DNA of 43,694 nt from Bacteroidales bacterium (GCA_051657185.1 JBOFKE010000113.1:1-43694); one strand, 5' to 3'; shown: positions 28,706-39,177, counted from the first letter of the stretch. Program-made: numbers and translations. The notes: generated by a model from the letters alone, not told the origin.

Positions 28706-28932
28706 ATCATATTGAATTAATCAACAAACAAAAATAACACAAAATCATTAATTTCAAAAATTTATATTCACTATAATGGATTATTTACACACGATAATTA
28801 TCATTCAATGAAATATAATAACTCAGAAATCTTTGACCTATATTAATGAACAAAGAAATGACGAGTATGTTTAATAATAACGATGGCTAGGTATATAATA
28901 TTAGCTCACAAAAATAATAATCTGATTCTGTC

Positions 28933-29484
28933 ATGAAAAAAGTAATCTTATACATCGCATCAAGTTTGGATGGTATGATAGCCACAAGGCAAGGTGGAAT
29001 TGACTGGTTAAATGCATCTAATGATTTATTGAACGAAAATCCTAATGCTTTTGGATATATTGATTTTTACAGATCAATCGGAATAACCATCATGGGTCAT
29101 AATACTTATGAAGAAATACTTAGCTTTGATATTCCATTTCCATATCCTGATAAAATAAATTATATATTCACACGAACCGAACGTGAAGATGACCAAAATC
29201 CAGTCGAATTTATTACTGAAGATCCGGCTAAATTTGTACATGAATTAAAAAAAGATTCATTTGGTGGTGATATATGGCTGATTGGAGGATCACAAATAAA
29301 TAAGTATCTCCTAAATGCCGATTTAATTGATGAAATAATACTTTCTATTCATCCAGTCATAATTGGTTCAGGGATCCCACTATTCGCAGAAGGAACCTGG
29401 AAAAAGGATTTTGAAATTATTGAAACGATCAATTTTGAAAATATTTTCATCCAGATTCATCTAAGAAAAAAGAAATACAAATAA
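28933..29484 (+). CDS. Dihydrofolate reductase-family protein (RibD C-terminal domain type)
   Basis: 183 aa. N-terminus KVILYIASSLDGMIA and the WLIGGSQI motif. Confidence 0.85.
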   Translation: MKKVILYIASSLDGMIATRQGGIDWLNASNDLLNENPNAFGYIDFYRSIGITIMGHNTYEEILSFDIPFPYPDKINYIFTRTEREDDQNPVEFITEDPAKFVHELKKDSFGGDIWLIGGSQINKYLLNADLIDEIILSIHPVIIGSGIPLFAEGTWKKDFEIIETINFENIFIQIHLRKKKYK

Positions 29485-29669
29485 AGAATTTATCTGCGTA
29501 ATGAGATAAAGGATGTTTGTAAATTAAAACATCAACGCCTGTATATTTGGATTCACGAAGCTATAAAACGTCAATGCTATTTTATCCTCCAAAATTACAT
29601 CTGGCAACAGGTCGATGAAATAAAATCATTATATTTAGCGCACTAATCATAGATTAAATTAAGAAATCA

Positions 29670-30656
29670 ATGAATACATATAAAGCATATCGAACTCGTG
29701 AAGCAGAAGGTGAATATCTTTCTGAAGTAAAAGAAATATCATTCGATGACTTGCCCTGCAATGATGTTCTAATCAAAGTTGCATACTCTGGAATTAATTA
29801 TAAAGATCTCTTATCTGTCAAAGGAAATAAAGGTGTAACTAAATCATATCCACACACTGCTGGCATTGATGCCGCAGGAACAGTTGTAAATGATAAGAGC
29901 GGGCAGTTTATGAATGGTGAAGAAGTCATAGTGATGGGCTATGATTTAGGAATGAATACAGATGGTGGTTTTGCTGAATATATATCTGTTCCTTCGGACT
30001 GGGTATTACGTAAACCTCATAAATTCACACTTAAACAGACTATGGAAATTGGCACAAGTGGCTTTACTGCCGCTTTGGGTATATCTAAAATGATACAGAT
30101 GGGAGCAAAACCTGAGAATGGCCCAATGATTGTAACCGGTGCAACGGGGGGAGTTGGTGTTTATGCCGTACAAATCTTAAGCGCAATGGGGTTTGACGTA
30201 TGGGCAGTAACCGGGAAAAAAGAATCAGAAGAATTATTGTACACTTTAGGTGCTCAGTCGGTTCTCTCAAGAGAAGAAATTAATGTTGCAAAAGAAAAAC
30301 CATTGGTAAGACCTCGTTGGGCAGGAGGCTTGGATACGGTTGGGGGCGACACATTAGTAAACTTACTAAAACAATGCAAAAAATCAGGTTCTGTAGCTAC
30401 TTGCGGGAATGTTGGTGGCATGGAACTAAATATGACAGTACTCCCCTTTATTCTAAATGGTATAAATCTGTTAGGAATTAATGCAGCAGATACACCAATG
30501 GACCATCGCATAAAAGTATGGAGATTGTTAGAAAAATATGCAAAACCAAATATAGTCAGTAAATCGGGTAAAGAAATAGCTCTTGATGAAATAGCTAAAG
30601 CCATTGATTCAATGAGTAACAGCTCTCATACTGGTCGTTTTCTGATCAAGCTATAA
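29670..30656 (+). CDS. YhdH/YhfP (AcuI-like) MDR-family NADPH:quinone/acrylyl-CoA oxidoreductase
   Basis: 328 aa. Motifs INYKDLLSVKG, PHTAGIDAAGTV, and nucleotide loop TGATGGVG. Confidence 0.88.
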   Translation: MNTYKAYRTREAEGEYLSEVKEISFDDLPCNDVLIKVAYSGINYKDLLSVKGNKGVTKSYPHTAGIDAAGTVVNDKSGQFMNGEEVIVMGYDLGMNTDGGFAEYISVPSDWVLRKPHKFTLKQTMEIGTSGFTAALGISKMIQMGAKPENGPMIVTGATGGVGVYAVQILSAMGFDVWAVTGKKESEELLYTLGAQSVLSREEINVAKEKPLVRPRWAGGLDTVGGDTLVNLLKQCKKSGSVATCGNVGGMELNMTVLPFILNGINLLGINAADTPMDHRIKVWRLLEKYAKPNIVSKSGKEIALDEIAKAIDSMSNSSHTGRFLIKL

Positions 30657-30660
30657 TAAA

Positions 30661-30700
30661 TAAAAAGAGGTTGGTATAAATTTATACCAACCTCTTTTTA
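30661..30700. terminator. Bidirectional terminator (perfect 40-bp palindrome)
   Basis: taaaaagaggttggtataaa / tttataccaacctcttttta between the convergent yhdH-like gene and secG. Confidence 0.85.
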
Positions 30701-30723
30701 TTTATTAGTATTCAGCTATAAGA

Positions 30724-31071
30724 TTAATTAGATGCTGAATCTTGTTGCGTAGTAACTGGTGTTTCAAAACCTGGAGCTGCTAGAGCAGGATCTGTTTGAG
30801 CAGCTTCATTTACTTGATTTACAATTTCAGAAGCTGTATTCGTTTGATTCTTCGGCAAAGCCCAAGAAGAAAGAATACAAAGAATCATGATTGTACCGGC
30901 AAGAGTCCAAGTTGCTTTTTCAAGAAAATCAGCAGTTTTTGGAGCACCCATAATTTGATTAGATGAAGAAAATCCTGCAGATAGACCTCCTCCCTTAGAG
31001 TTTTGAACTAAAACAATAAGGACCATCAAGATCGAAGCAACAAGGATGAAAATAGTTAATGCGGTATACAT
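30724..31071 (-). CDS. secG: Preprotein translocase subunit SecG
   Basis: 115 aa. Motif LIVLVQNSKGGGLSAGF. Confidence 0.85.
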   Translation of the reverse strand: MYTALTIFILVASILMVLIVLVQNSKGGGLSAGFSSSNQIMGAPKTADFLEKATWTLAGTIMILCILSSWALPKNQTNTASEIVNQVNEAAQTDPALAAPGFETPVTTQQDSASN

Positions 31072-31072
31072 C

Positions 31073-31897
31073 TTAATGTTGTTTTTTTATGTTAGCAATT
31101 AATATTTCTAAATATCTGATTTGATCAGCAAAGTAAACACTTTTTTTTGGATATTTCAAACTTAGACTTTTAATTATTTCCAAAGCTTTTTCATATCGCT
31201 TTTGTTTAATATATATTTTAGCCAGACTCTCTGTAAGCAGGTCATCTTCTGAAGGTTCAACATCAATCATCGAATATGATTCAGTTGTTTCTATTTTCTC
31301 TTCTTCCACCTGATCACAGACAACAGAAACTGCTTCTTTGAGGTTATTTTCCGATTCAGAAAAAGAGATAAACTGATCAATCAGATCTTGATGTTCCAAT
31401 TTAGGCTCTGAAGCAGAATCTTTATCTTCAATCATCAATGTATTCAAGTAATCCGCAGCTGCATAGACCTGCTGTTCAATACACAAATCAACAACATCTT
31501 CCTCATCAGCCAACTCTTCTTCATCCAAAAGTTTATAATTTGGAGGACTTAGCTTATTCGTGTTAAAAAACGAATCAATCAGATTTAATGCATCTATGGT
31601 AGTAATCTCCTTACAAGGAAGCTGACTACTTCTATCAAGATAGTTCTGATATACACTACTCCACCCTAAATGAGTATTAGCAAGAAATCTAAACAACAGT
31701 GCTTTGTCTTGTATTAGCAATGCTGTTTTTTTTAAAACAGCAACAAATTGCACATCATGATCTTCCTGAAGTTTTTTAAGATAAACCAATCTGGCTAAAT
31801 CAAAAGCAGGATATTCATTGATTACATTAATGAGAAAATCAGTTTGAATAGCCGAATTTTCTTTTAGATGCCTATAGAATAATTCTTTCGAGTTCAT
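31073..31897 (-). CDS. Hypothetical acidic protein with C-terminal TPR-like helix pair
   Basis: 274 aa. D/E-rich middle region. C-terminal LAKIYIKQKRYEKALEIIKSL. Tightly packed between lptE and secG. Confidence 0.6.
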   Translation of the reverse strand: MNSKELFYRHLKENSAIQTDFLINVINEYPAFDLARLVYLKKLQEDHDVQFVAVLKKTALLIQDKALLFRFLANTHLGWSSVYQNYLDRSSQLPCKEITTIDALNLIDSFFNTNKLSPPNYKLLDEEELADEEDVVDLCIEQQVYAAADYLNTLMIEDKDSASEPKLEHQDLIDQFISFSESENNLKEAVSVVCDQVEEEKIETTESYSMIDVEPSEDDLLTESLAKIYIKQKRYEKALEIIKSLSLKYPKKSVYFADQIRYLEILIANIKKQH

Positions 31898-31901
31898 AAA
31901 T

Positions 31902-32405
31902 TTACCAGTTAGCTACTGTTGCATTAAATATCTGATCCGTTAGCTCTTCAACAATTTTCTTAATCAACTCATCCTGAACCTGGTTCAACATCAAATTACT
32001 ATTAAAGTCCTGAAAAGCACTAAAAGTCTGTTCAAAATCCTGACTTGGATCAACTTTATTTGTAAACTTAACGTTAACAGCTACAGTCAACCGCGTAATC
32101 GCAGCATATGCGTCTGCCTGAACAGCCTGGGGTGTAAGATCATATCGTGTGATAGAACCTTCAATAAGCAAATCACCACCTGTCTTAACAAAGTTCAATC
32201 GGGTTTGGTTAGCAAAGCGATCTTTAAGCCCCTCATCAAAGGCAATCGCAAGAGGAGTATAAACTAATGGTGCCTTAATTGGAAAATTCTCAATTGTTAT
32301 AGTTTTAACTTTCGTATAATCGATCGAAGCCCCATTAAATTTATAGGAAACATAACAGGATGTAAACAACACCACTGTCAGAAGATAAAGTATCTTATTT
32401 CTCAT
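31902..32405 (-). CDS. lptE: LptE-family LPS-assembly lipoprotein
   Basis: 167 aa. Lipobox LFTSC. Size and position between the sigma-54 activator and secG are as in other Bacteroidota. Confidence 0.72.
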   Translation of the reverse strand: MRNKILYLLTVVLFTSCYVSYKFNGASIDYTKVKTITIENFPIKAPLVYTPLAIAFDEGLKDRFANQTRLNFVKTGGDLLIEGSITRYDLTPQAVQADAYAAITRLTVAVNVKFTNKVDPSQDFEQTFSAFQDFNSNLMLNQVQDELIKKIVEELTDQIFNATVANW

Positions 32406-32416
32406 TAATCAAGTTA

Positions 32417-33658
32417 TTAATCTAATCCATATTCTTTTATTTTCCGATACAAGGTCCGTTCAGATATTTTAAGTTCTGCTGCTGCAGGCTTACGCTTTCC
32501 CTTATACTTATGAAGCGCTCTGATTATAGCATCCTTTTCCATATCTTCTAATGATATAGAATCATCCTGGATCTCTTCTGTATCAGTAAACTCGTCAATA
32601 TGGGAATGCTCATGAATATCATGAATCTCAATAGTAGGCTGTGATATAATAGGAGTCAAAGCTGTTTCTGTTTTAGCAGGAACCGTAGATGCTTGTACCT
32701 GAATATCCTTCGTCCTCTGATTTTTACCAATTAACTCATGCACAATCGCTTTCAAATCATTAACCTCCTTTTTCATATCAAATAAAATCTGATAAATCAA
32801 CTCACGTTCTTTCTCGAAATCATGAGATTCCTCCCTTTTTGATTGCACAACAGGAAGAAGAGCTTTTTGACTTTCTGGTAGATAATAACTCAATATTGAA
32901 GGTGTAATTTCGCGCTCTGTTTCAATAATAGAAATTTGTTCTGCTATATTTTTAAGCTGCCGTACATTACCGGGAAAAGCATAATGCATTAATTCCTTTT
33001 TTGCCAACTCTGTAAGCTGCACAGGTGGCATTCTGTATTTTTGAGAAAAATCAGACGCAAACTTTCGGAAAAGCATTAAAATATCCTCACCTCGATCTCT
33101 TAAAGGTGGTATTTGGATAGGCACCGTATTTAAGCGATAAAAAAGATCTTCCCGGAATTTACCATCCCGGATAGCCTTTATCATATTTACATTCGTAGCA
33201 GCAACAACTCTCACATTGGTTTTTTCAACCTTAGAGGATCCCACACGCATGTATTCACCCGTTTCCAAAACACGCAATAATCTGGCTTGAGTAGCTAAAG
33301 GTAATTCACCGGCTTCATCTAAAAAGATTGTCCCGTTATTGGCATATTCAAAATATCCTTTTCTATCATTTAAAGCTCCCGTAAACGATCCTTTTTCATG
33401 CCCAAATAATTCAGAATCAATGGTACCTTCAGGAATTGCACCACAGTTCACAGCAATGTAAGGCCCATGCTTTCTGTGACTAAACTGATGTATTATTTGA
33501 GGAAAGTTCTCTTTACCCACTCCACTTTCACCAGTAATTAGAACTGAAAGATCTGTAGGGGCTACCTGAAGTGCGATATCTAAAGCACGATTTAATCCTT
33601 CAGAATTACCGATAATTCCAAAACGCTGCTTTACAGAGATAAGATCCGGTTTCGCCAT
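32417..33658 (-). CDS. Sigma-54-dependent transcriptional activator (AAA+ plus Fis-type HTH, no N-terminal sensory domain)
   Basis: 413 aa. Walker A GESGVGKE starts near residue 40. GSFTGA loop. C-terminal HTH AAAELKISERTLYRKIKEYGL. Confidence 0.88.
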   Translation of the reverse strand: MAKPDLISVKQRFGIIGNSEGLNRALDIALQVAPTDLSVLITGESGVGKENFPQIIHQFSHRKHGPYIAVNCGAIPEGTIDSELFGHEKGSFTGALNDRKGYFEYANNGTIFLDEAGELPLATQARLLRVLETGEYMRVGSSKVEKTNVRVVAATNVNMIKAIRDGKFREDLFYRLNTVPIQIPPLRDRGEDILMLFRKFASDFSQKYRMPPVQLTELAKKELMHYAFPGNVRQLKNIAEQISIIETEREITPSILSYYLPESQKALLPVVQSKREESHDFEKERELIYQILFDMKKEVNDLKAIVHELIGKNQRTKDIQVQASTVPAKTETALTPIISQPTIEIHDIHEHSHIDEFTDTEEIQDDSISLEDMEKDAIIRALHKYKGKRKPAAAELKISERTLYRKIKEYGLD

Positions 33659-33964
33659 ATATTATAGAATTCATTTTTAATACAACTACAAAGATAATCA
33701 AAATATTAGAACACAGAATCCTAAACAATCGAAAGATAAACAGAATAAATACATTAGAATTCAAACAAAATATATTGATACATTCATCATCTTCCTGATA
33801 TAAAATTTAGAGCTAATCGTATTTTTAAGAACATTTACACATTCCACAGAAAGAATATTGTACTTTTGTATGTTATTTATTAAATAGCTATATGCATTCT
33901 CTGATAGGATCTATAGTTTATTTTTAGCTGCAAAGCTCATTTTTAATTCCTAAACATACAGGTA

Positions 33965-34759
33965 ATGATTAACAAAGTTCGACCAAAAAAATTTCTCGGC
34001 CAGCACTTTCTGACAGACTTAACTATAGCTGAACGTATTGCCGATACTCTATCCGAATATAAGCAACTTCCCGTTCTTGAAGTTGGACCGGGAATGGGTG
34101 TACTTACTCAATTCATGATTGAAAAAGGATACAACCTGACAGTTGTCGAACTTGACCGAGAGTCAGTCCCCTACCTCAAACAGCATTTTCCTGCATTAGC
34201 TAATCGAATTATTGAAGCTGATTTTCTTACTCTTAATTTGAAAGAATTATTCAAAGAAGAATTTTGCCTGATCGGTAATTACCCTTATAATATATCAAGT
34301 CAGATCTTCTTTAAAGTATTAGAAAACAAAGAGATTATTCCGGTTTGTTCGGGCATGATTCAAAAAGAAGTTGCTGAGCGTATGGCCGCTAAACCCGGAA
34401 CGAAAGCCTATGGAATTCTAACAGTACTCATGCAGGCATATTACGACATCGAGTATTTATTCACAGTATCAGAACACGTATTTAATCCGCCTCCAAAGGT
34501 TAAATCAGCTGTAATTCGCATGGTGCGAAACGATAGTAAAAAAATGATTTGCGACGAGAAACTATTCAAAACGGTAGTTAAAACATCTTTTAATCAACGA
34601 AGAAAAACGCTTCGTAATTCATTAAAAGCACTTTGCGGTAAAGAGTGTCCTGTTTTCGAACAGGAGTTATTCAACAAACGCCCGGAACAGTTATCTGTTG
34701 ATGCATTTCAGGATCTAACCAACTTGTTGGCACCATATATTATCACTCAACAAAAATAG
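33965..34759 (+). CDS. rsmA: 16S rRNA (adenine1518/1519-N6)-dimethyltransferase
   Basis: 264 aa. Motifs KKFLGQHFL, VLEVGPGMG, GNYPYNISS. Confidence 0.93.
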   Translation: MINKVRPKKFLGQHFLTDLTIAERIADTLSEYKQLPVLEVGPGMGVLTQFMIEKGYNLTVVELDRESVPYLKQHFPALANRIIEADFLTLNLKELFKEEFCLIGNYPYNISSQIFFKVLENKEIIPVCSGMIQKEVAERMAAKPGTKAYGILTVLMQAYYDIEYLFTVSEHVFNPPPKVKSAVIRMVRNDSKKMICDEKLFKTVVKTSFNQRRKTLRNSLKALCGKECPVFEQELFNKRPEQLSVDAFQDLTNLLAPYIITQQK

Positions 34760-34787
34760 AATCAAAACTTAATACATAAATACGAAT

Positions 34788-36140
34788 ATGAATATGTTTG
34801 AACCAAATAAAGAGTTTATAGGAAAGTTGCAGTCATGTATTTCAGAAAAGAATGATCATGATACGCTCGAACTCCTAGAAGGACTTCATGCGGCAGACAT
34901 AGCGGAATTATACAACGAACTCGATGTAGAAGACGCCAAATATTTGTATTTACTCTTAGAAGGAGAGAAAGCTGCCGACGCATTGATGGAGCTGGATGAA
35001 GATGATCGGGAAGAACTTCTCGAATCCGTTCCAAGTGAAATCATTGCCCGACACTTTGTCGATAATATGGACACGGATGATGCCGTTGAGCTGATCCGCG
35101 AATTAGATGAAGATGAGCAAGAAGAAGTCTTATCTCATATAGAAGATATAGAACAGGCAGGAGACATTGTAGATTTGCTTAAATACGACGAAGACACTGC
35201 CGGCGGGATCATGGGTACAGAAATGATTATTGTGAATGAAGAATGGAGTATGCCCGAGTGTCTCAAAGAAATGCGTAATCAGGCAGAAGAAATGGAGAAT
35301 ATATATCATATATATGTCATTGATGAAGATGATAAATTAAAGGGGATTTTCCCTTTAAAGAAGATGATTACCAGCCCTTCTGTTTCACGCGTAAAACATG
35401 TGATGGTCAAAGATCCTATTTCGGTAAAAGTAGATACTCCAATCGATGAGGTCTCTCACGTATTCGAAAGATATGACCTCGTTGCAATTCCTGTAATTGA
35501 CAGTATCGGGCGATTAGTCGGACAAATCACTGTCGACGATGTCATGGATGAAATGATCGAACAATCCGAAAGAGACTATCAGTTAGCATCAGGTATCTCA
35601 CAAGATGTAGAATCATCTGATAATGTATTAGTACAAACCAGCGCCCGTTTACCCTGGTTGGTAATCGGAATGATTGGCGGACTGAGCAATTCTGTTATTC
35701 TCGGAAAATTCGAATCTTTTTTTGCTACAAATCCCAAAATGGCACTTTTCATCCCATTAATTGGCGGCACAGGAGGAAATGTCGGAATCCAATCATCTGC
35801 AATCGTCGTACAAGGTCTGGCAAACAAAACTTTGAATATTAGCAAAATCTGGGTTCAGGTAATCAAAGAATCGGCTGTTGCACTTATAAATGCAAGCATG
35901 ATTTCACTTTTAGTATTCCTGTACAACTGGTTTATGTTCGGAACAAACACAGTCACCTATTCTGTCTCAATCTCTCTTTTTGCCGTAGTTATGTTTGCCT
36001 CTATATTCGGAACATTAGTTCCATTAACATTAGAGAGATTTAAAATAGATCCGGCAATAGCAACCGGTCCGTTCATTACAATAACAAATGATATTATCGG
36101 CATGCTTATATATATGGGTGTTAGCTCATTATTATCGTAA
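34788..36140 (+). CDS. mgtE: Magnesium transporter MgtE
   Basis: 450 aa. Acidic N-domain, CBS pair, and TM domain with GGTGGNVGIQS. Confidence 0.93.
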   Translation: MNMFEPNKEFIGKLQSCISEKNDHDTLELLEGLHAADIAELYNELDVEDAKYLYLLLEGEKAADALMELDEDDREELLESVPSEIIARHFVDNMDTDDAVELIRELDEDEQEEVLSHIEDIEQAGDIVDLLKYDEDTAGGIMGTEMIIVNEEWSMPECLKEMRNQAEEMENIYHIYVIDEDDKLKGIFPLKKMITSPSVSRVKHVMVKDPISVKVDTPIDEVSHVFERYDLVAIPVIDSIGRLVGQITVDDVMDEMIEQSERDYQLASGISQDVESSDNVLVQTSARLPWLVIGMIGGLSNSVILGKFESFFATNPKMALFIPLIGGTGGNVGIQSSAIVVQGLANKTLNISKIWVQVIKESAVALINASMISLLVFLYNWFMFGTNTVTYSVSISLFAVVMFASIFGTLVPLTLERFKIDPAIATGPFITITNDIIGMLIYMGVSSLLS

Positions 36141-36225
36141 ATAACAGCATATAATTTATGTAATATATAATTTTTTATGTTTATTTGCGAACAGAAGTAA
36201 TTTACTCAAACAATTCAGAGATACT

Positions 36226-38022
36226 ATGATGGATGCGCAAGAAACCAAGGATACTCTTTTAGAAGAGAACCTTGAAAGCTCACTGGATCAGCAATCAGCT
36301 GTAGATGTAGAAGTAGCATTCGAACAATATGCTACGAAATCAGAAGTCATTAACCGGATGAATACCCTTTTGGCGGAAAACATTGAAAAGGTTAAATCAG
36401 AAATCGATTACTTAAAACTATGCTACTACAAATTGCGAAAGCAAGAAGTAGATGAAGAGCATACGAGATTTTTAGAAGAGTCGGGATCCGAAGAAACATT
36501 CAATCCACAAAAAGATGAAACGGAAGAAGTCTTCAAGGAACTTCTGAACCAATTCAAAGAAAAAAAAGCTCTGCTTCTCAAAGAGAGACAACAACTTAAA
36601 GAAGATAACCTTGCCCGCAAACTCAAACTCATAGACGAACTGAAGCAATTGACTGAAGACGCCGATGATGTAAGTAAAAAATATCAGGATTTCCAAACTA
36701 TCCAGCTTAACTGGAGAGAAATCACCGATGTGCCTCAAAGCGAAGTTGCTGAGCTTTGGAAACAATATCACCATTACGTAGAAAAATTCTACGAACTGCT
36801 TAAGATAAATAAAGAGCTTCGGGATTACGACTATAAACGTAATTACGAGTTAAAAACAGCTTTATGCGAAGCTGCCGAAAAAATAATCGATGAAGAAGAT
36901 GTCGTTTCTGCCTTTCATCAACTTCAAAAACTTCATGAAGAATGGAGAGAAATCGGTCCTGTTTCCAAGGAACTGAGAGATGAGTTGTGGAACCGTTTCA
37001 AAAACGCATCTACAATGATCAACAAAAAGCATCAACAATATTTTGAGGATCTTAAAATTAAAGAAAAGCAAAGTGAAGTTGATAAGATTCGTCTTTGCGA
37101 AAAGGTCGAGGCTCTTTTAAACGAACAACCTGCTAATTTCGCAAAATGGGAAGAAGCGACCCAGATCCTTTTAGAGGCACAGGCTGAATGGAAAACACTT
37201 GGATTCGCACCTAAAAAGATCAATAATGCACTGTACGAAAGATTCCGCACTGCTTGTAATAAGTTTTTTGATACCAAAGGTGAATTCTACACTTCCGTTA
37301 AAGCTCAATTAGAGACAAATCTAAAACGTAAAATTGCTCTGTGCGAGAAAGCAGATGCTTTGAAAGAAAGTACCGAATGGCGAAAAACGACAGATAAACT
37401 TATCGCTCTCCAAAAAGAGTGGAAAACAATTGGTGCTACATCCAGAAAACACTCTGATGAGGTATGGAAGCGATTTATTTCTGCTTGTGACTTCTTCTTC
37501 GATCGCAAAAACAAAGAGCAATCTAGTCTTAAAGATGTAGAAAAAGAAAATCTTGAAAAGAAAAAAGAACTTATTGAAGAATTAAAATCAATTGACAAAC
37601 AGGATTTAACGACTCAAAAAGTACGCGATATTATCACCAGATTCAATGCAATCGGGCACGTGCCTTTCAAAGACAAAGACAAAGTCTACAAAGAATTCCA
37701 CGCACAGGTCGATAAGTGCTTTGCCTCTTTAAATGTAAGTAAATCAAAACATAGAATTGATTCATTCTCTGCATCTGTCGAGCAATTAAACGCTGAAGAC
37801 AACAAATCAAATCTGCTGAGAGAAAGAGATAAATTGATGCGCCATTTTGAACACATTCGTAATGAACTCAAGACATATGAAAACAACATCGGATTTTTGA
37901 GTTCATCAAGTCGTTCGGGCAATAGTTTAGTCAAAGATCTGGAAAAGAAAATTGAGAAACTGAAAGAAGAAATGAATGTAATCGTTCAGAAAATAGAAAT
38001 CATCGACAATAAATTGAATTAG
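36226..38022 (+). CDS. DUF349 repeat protein
   Basis: 598 aa, K/E-rich. Five copies of the W-x2-I/L-G...LW/VW/LY-x-RF...F repeat, e.g. HEEWREIGPVSKELRDELWNRFKNA. Confidence 0.85.
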   Translation: MMDAQETKDTLLEENLESSLDQQSAVDVEVAFEQYATKSEVINRMNTLLAENIEKVKSEIDYLKLCYYKLRKQEVDEEHTRFLEESGSEETFNPQKDETEEVFKELLNQFKEKKALLLKERQQLKEDNLARKLKLIDELKQLTEDADDVSKKYQDFQTIQLNWREITDVPQSEVAELWKQYHHYVEKFYELLKINKELRDYDYKRNYELKTALCEAAEKIIDEEDVVSAFHQLQKLHEEWREIGPVSKELRDELWNRFKNASTMINKKHQQYFEDLKIKEKQSEVDKIRLCEKVEALLNEQPANFAKWEEATQILLEAQAEWKTLGFAPKKINNALYERFRTACNKFFDTKGEFYTSVKAQLETNLKRKIALCEKADALKESTEWRKTTDKLIALQKEWKTIGATSRKHSDEVWKRFISACDFFFDRKNKEQSSLKDVEKENLEKKKELIEELKSIDKQDLTTQKVRDIITRFNAIGHVPFKDKDKVYKEFHAQVDKCFASLNVSKSKHRIDSFSASVEQLNAEDNKSNLLRERDKLMRHFEHIRNELKTYENNIGFLSSSSRSGNSLVKDLEKKIEKLKEEMNVIVQKIEIIDNKLN

Positions 38023-38023
38023 A

Positions 38024-39046
38024 ATGAGTAAAGAAATAGAATGGTCTGAATTAGGTTTTGGTTATATGCCTACTGACTTCAATGTTCGCTGCCATTTCAA
38101 AGATGGGGAATGGGGAAACATTGAGAAATATGACACAGAATATATCAATTTAAACATGGCTGCTACTTGTCTGCACTATGGACAGGAAGCTTTCGAAGGA
38201 CTAAAAGCTTTTCGGGGCAAGGATGGTAAAATCCGAGTGTTCCGCTTAGAAGAAAATGCAAAAAGACTTCAGCACTCTTGTGATGGTATTAAAATGGCTA
38301 AACTTCCCTTAGAGAAATTCAAAGAGGCAGTTTTTCAAGCAATCAAGTTAAATGAGCGATTTGTTCCACCTTATGGTAGCGGAGCATCCTTATATATTCG
38401 TCCGTTACTTATTGGCACAAGTGCTCAGGTAGGCGTTAAACCATCTAAAGAATACCTTTTTGTAATATTCGTCACACCGGTAGGACCTTATTTCAAAGCT
38501 GGATTCAAACCAACTCCAATGGTGATTCTTCGCGGATATGATCGTGCAGCTCCACTCGGTACAGGTAAATATAAAGTGGGTGGAAACTACGCAGCAAGTT
38601 TGGCTGCCGGAGAGAGAGCTCACGAATTAGGTTATTCGGCTGTCTTGTTTTTAGATGCAAAAGAGAAAAAGTACATTGATGAATGTGGACCTGCAAACTT
38701 TTTTGCTATTAAAAACAACACATACATTACACCTAAATCAGAATCAATCCTTCCGTCAATCACCAATGACAGTTTGATGAAATTAGCTGAAGCAATGGGT
38801 TTAAATGTAGAAAGAAGACCAATTGCAGAAGATGAACTATCGACATTTGATGAAGCCGGTGCATGCGGTACAGCAGCTGTAATCAGCCCTATCGAGAGAA
38901 TTGATGATATTGACGAAAACAAATCATACATTTTTTCAAAAGACGGGAAACCCGGACCAATCAGTGAAGCTCTTTACAATAAGCTTCGCGCGATACAATA
39001 CGGGGACGAACCAGATATTTTCAACTGGAATTCAATTGTAGAATAA
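38024..39046 (+). CDS. ilvE: Branched-chain amino acid aminotransferase
   Basis: 340 aa, class IV aminotransferase. Motifs QEAFEGLKAF and GKYKVGGNYAAS. Confidence 0.92.
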   Translation: MSKEIEWSELGFGYMPTDFNVRCHFKDGEWGNIEKYDTEYINLNMAATCLHYGQEAFEGLKAFRGKDGKIRVFRLEENAKRLQHSCDGIKMAKLPLEKFKEAVFQAIKLNERFVPPYGSGASLYIRPLLIGTSAQVGVKPSKEYLFVIFVTPVGPYFKAGFKPTPMVILRGYDRAAPLGTGKYKVGGNYAASLAAGERAHELGYSAVLFLDAKEKKYIDECGPANFFAIKNNTYITPKSESILPSITNDSLMKLAEAMGLNVERRPIAEDELSTFDEAGACGTAAVISPIERIDDIDENKSYIFSKDGKPGPISEALYNKLRAIQYGDEPDIFNWNSIVE

Positions 39047-39051
39047 AATAA

Positions 39052-39086
39052 AAAGCCATCTGTAAGCTCATCTTACAGATGGCTTT
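39052..39086 (+). terminator. Intrinsic terminator of ilvE
   Basis: 15-bp stem aaagccatctgtaag / cttacagatggcttt, then a T-rich tail. Confidence 0.8.
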
Positions 39087-39169
39087 ATTTGTAATCGGAA
39101 ACGGCCTGTGTAAATCAATCACGGTATATGAATAATTTTATGAAAAGTTTCAGTATTTCTTTCTTTTAT

Positions 39170-39177
39170 TATCTTTG
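39170..39177 (+). promoter_or_regulatory. Bacteroidota -7 promoter box TATCTTTG
   Basis: Matches TAnnTTTG. Its position argues for the ATG at 39229 rather than 39190 as the start of the next gene. Confidence 0.4.

Noticed and set aside
34728-34742. TGGCAC as a possible sigma-54 -24 element (also TGGCAT at about 16873)
   Set aside because: No TTGC sits at the required -12 spacing, and both sites lie inside coding sequence.
34760-34787. M-box (Mg) riboswitch ahead of mgtE
   Set aside because: The rsmA-mgtE spacer is only 28 bp, far too short for the roughly 160-nt M-box.
36426-37934. Seven minus-strand ORFs (66-100 aa) inside the DUF349 gene
   Set aside because: They are artefacts of K/E-rich (aag/gaa) coding, whose complement lacks stop codons, and give S/F/L-rich nonsense peptides.
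39121-39130. Isolated B-like box acggtatatg downstream of ilvE
   Set aside because: It is a single partial match (9 of 11) with no neighbours, so it is probably chance.
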